Origin: Octopus bimaculoides
Lineage: Eukaryota
Reading direction: 5' to 3'
Length of the DNA stretch: 64,000 nt
Assembly (NCBI RefSeq): GCF_001194135.2
Contig: NC_068984.1
Span: forward strand, 81,971,949 to 82,035,948
The notes beneath the pieces are model-generated. The model did no database searches. It was not told where the DNA came from and was given only the letters and a program-made list of their open reading frames with translations. How positions within the stretch are numbered: the first letter of the stretch is position 1; every line of letters starts with the position of its first letter. Below, piece after piece: positions 60,901 to 64,000 of the stretch. Both the position numbers and the translations under genes were made by a program.

Positions 60901-63900
60901 TTTGTTTTCCTATTATGTATAGAGGTTATCTTCTTTAAGGTATCGTCGACCTTTCTATAAACATGTTTTATGATTTAGATACAAGAGCAGTCGTTTAAAG
61001 GAGGACATGAGCCACTTGACTCTTAAGTTTATCAAACATGAAAGGACAAAGGGGATAAATACCAGAAAGCTTCTTTCCTCCAACATTACCAGTTCTGTTA
61101 ATCCACCATCCTCTAAAAGAAAAAAATTGTTTTTAATTATTACAAACACTGAGATCAGATTAAAAATTTAAGTTACTCTTCCTATCAGTATTTTTACCAA
61201 ATTTCTTTTTATTGAGAAATGAACATCCCGGCAAAATCATTTTATTTACAACTAGCAGAGATTTAAATGGCATAGTTTGTTGAAACATGTGATACGGGGA
61301 AGTACTACATTGAGGACAAAACATTTGTAGAGTAAATGAAGGGCTAATTCAACTAAGTGACATGTCATGCATCTGTTTGGAAGATTCCAGGTCCTAACCT
61401 TGTCATGGAAAAGTGGGTGGGGATATGTGATTTTTAAATGCACCAAAAAGCTCTCAGTAGACATACTCTACTTTGCAGCTACCACGCTGAACAATTAGCA
61501 GACATAGGAACTACATTTATGTGATAAATTAAGCCTGTGGGCATGCTCAACAGCACCTCTTGAGAGAAATCTTGCATGAAAGAAATGACGTAATAAAGGT
61601 GAGGGGTGGTGGCAAGGAAGCACTTGAAAACAACACTGTCAAGCAATATTTCAGTTTGGAATCAATAGTTGTGGCTCAACCGTGCACTCCTTTGGGTAAA
61701 GAGCGTGCGACCATTGTAAGGACAACTCAATTCCCAAACCAAAACAATTCTACATGCAGTGTCCAGGCATGCAAGGTCACATTAAGGACACGGTCTCTAA
61801 TTATTGTGGTTGGGTCTTAGACACGATAAATTAGTAGGCTAATGTACATGTGATATTTCGGTTTATAATCAATAGCTAAAGAACATTTGTATGGGCTTTG
61901 TCTATGCTTAGAAAGAAGACTTTGAAACTGAAGTTAAAAGAAACTGGTTGATCAGGATTTAACATATTTTAGCATATTTTTCATAATAAACATAATGTGT
62001 TCCAAACGGATTTTATTCCAAAAATTGCAACCTATGGTACTATGGGAACAGGCTATTGTTGCTACCACTTAGACAATGCAGTTTGAAGTCTACATCAGTT
62101 CATCCACTTAATACAACCTACTTATATCATTTCAGTAGCTGTTTTTTTCTAGTTTGAACAGAAGCAATGCATGGACCATGCAAGCAACCATATGTACCCC
62201 AAGAAAGGGGGGTTTCTGCCCTCAGGGGCCCCATTACACATTATGTGAAACAATTTTAAAGTCTAAAACCATCTCTGGAACATAAATAATGTATGTTCCC
62301 AATTTGGAGAAAATCAGTTGCGAACTTCAGAAGTTCTGAGGGTTTACTTACACACACATCCTCAGTTTTAAGTGGTAGAGAAATTAACATAAGTATGTCA
62401 TCAAGAGTAATGTCCCTTGAACCAATGCAGCAACTAAGTTATACACGAGAAGCAAAATAGGCTTCGTAATTGACTGTTGCTAGTTCGCTCATACTCATAC
62501 ACCTGGCGAACATTGATTCAACTTTCATACTCTAACTTGTCTTCATTTCCTATTCTTTCCTCTCCTTTTGACTTTTATTTTCTAGCTAGCCTCCTTGCTA
62601 CCATTCAATTGCCTCCTCGTCCCCCACCTTGAAACTTATTGTTCATTGTGGTGGTGGGGCATTATAACTAGATTTTTGTTCTCTGTAACATTACTACTGT
62701 CTAGTAGACTGTGAAGTTCAGTATGGAGTGTTATGAGTTAATATTAGTATGCCATTTATTTTTTATAAATATTGTAGATCTTTATCTGATTGCTTGCAAT
62801 AGTGGAGAAATTTGCTGACTCTAACTCGATTTAATCTGATTAAATAGAAATAGTTCTATTTGATTGATTCATTATATGATGGTAAAACATAGTTTATAGA
62901 TTAACAACAACATAGAGCATTGTGGTAGAGTCATATCATCCATTTTAACCTTGTTATAGCCACTTGATCAAGATAATATTGATAATCATTCACCTCTATT
63001 TCCATATGATTGATACAAATCTCTTTAGGAATGGTTGCTGATTTGGATACAAGGATTGCAGTTTTGAGGGGAGAGTGTAAGTCAATACAATCAGTTCCAA
63101 TACTTGACTAGTACATTATTTTACCAACCCCAAAATGATGAGAAGCAAGAACATAAAAAGACAGAAGAAATGCTGTAATAAATGTTCTGTGGACTCACTG
63201 TCCTAAATTCTCCAATATTTAGTTAAATTCTTACCATTTGTTCATCATGCAATATATCTTCATTGTATGTAGCCAGAATGTTGCAGATTCTACACATTTC
63301 CTTTCTCATCAGCGACTTACAAAGATGAAGGCTAAACAGTAAAGTGTGTAAACGACCGTGTGGAAGGAGAGGTGATGAGAATGGCTCCTTTAGTACATCG
63401 CATGGTCGATACAAATAAAATATGAAAAGAGATAAATACTGTATAAGTGCCAGAAGGAAAAGAGAGACACAACCAGGGTAGAAGGTTTAAGAGAAGATTT
63501 TATTTATGGGTTCCATTATATTCCTATTGGAGTGATTTCCCCCTAAGTTATAGTTACCTCCCTTGTATTACCTTCGTTTCAGAAAATATAATCTGACCGG
63601 TAACTATACACAGTAATCTAGTGATTCCCAACCGATTTTTGCCCATGCCCAACCGAATCATTTCTAAAATCCTGATGCACCCTTGTGATATTTAATTTTT
63701 GTTTTTCAAAATTTGGTTAATGTTAACAATATTACCCGGAAACAAAATTTAAAAAAACTAGTGCAACGGACGTAAAAAATCAAGTTAGAGTCAGCAAATT
63801 TCTTCACTATTGCAAACAATCAGATAAGATCTACAATATTTATAAAAACAAATGGCATACTAATATTAACTCATAACACTCAATACTGAACTTCACAGTC

Positions 63901-64000
63901 TACTAGAGAGTACTAATGTTATAGAGAACAAAACTGTAGTTATAATGCGTAGGAAACGAATATGAAAAATAAAAATGTGCGGAAATCAACGGGGGTGGGG

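Overview
Eukaryotic, AT-rich, microsatellite-dense genomic DNA with 7 N-gaps. The repeat content (tRNA-derived SINEs, RTE LINEs, Penelope-like elements) looks like an octopod cephalopod; this is inference, no search was run. One protein-coding gene spans most of the window on the + strand: a DENND3-like Rab GEF with uDENN/cDENN/dDENN, a PH/GRAM-like middle region and C-terminal WD40 repeats. I assembled it by hand from 25 GT-AG coding exons (4728-55681) with fully consistent phases, giving 3765 nt or 1254 aa. The introns are filled with decayed mobile elements: RTE LINEs, several SINE families, two Penelope-like GIY-YIG remnants, a Helitron helicase 3' end, a Tc1/mariner (DD37D/maT-like) transposase, a Gypsy RNase H remnant, and piggyBac-, hAT- and Mutator-like MITEs. 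The most notable non-gene structure is a set of hammerhead-ribozyme-like motifs. One has an intact core, lies sense in intron 4 and has a 53-nt extended stem II; a mutated sister copy lies downstream. Two more are degenerate and sit inside long inverted repeats, one of them a near-perfect 205-bp-arm palindrome just past the stop codon. No rRNA, genuine tRNA or CRISPR array was found, and most ORFs in the supplied track are microsatellite or TE noise.
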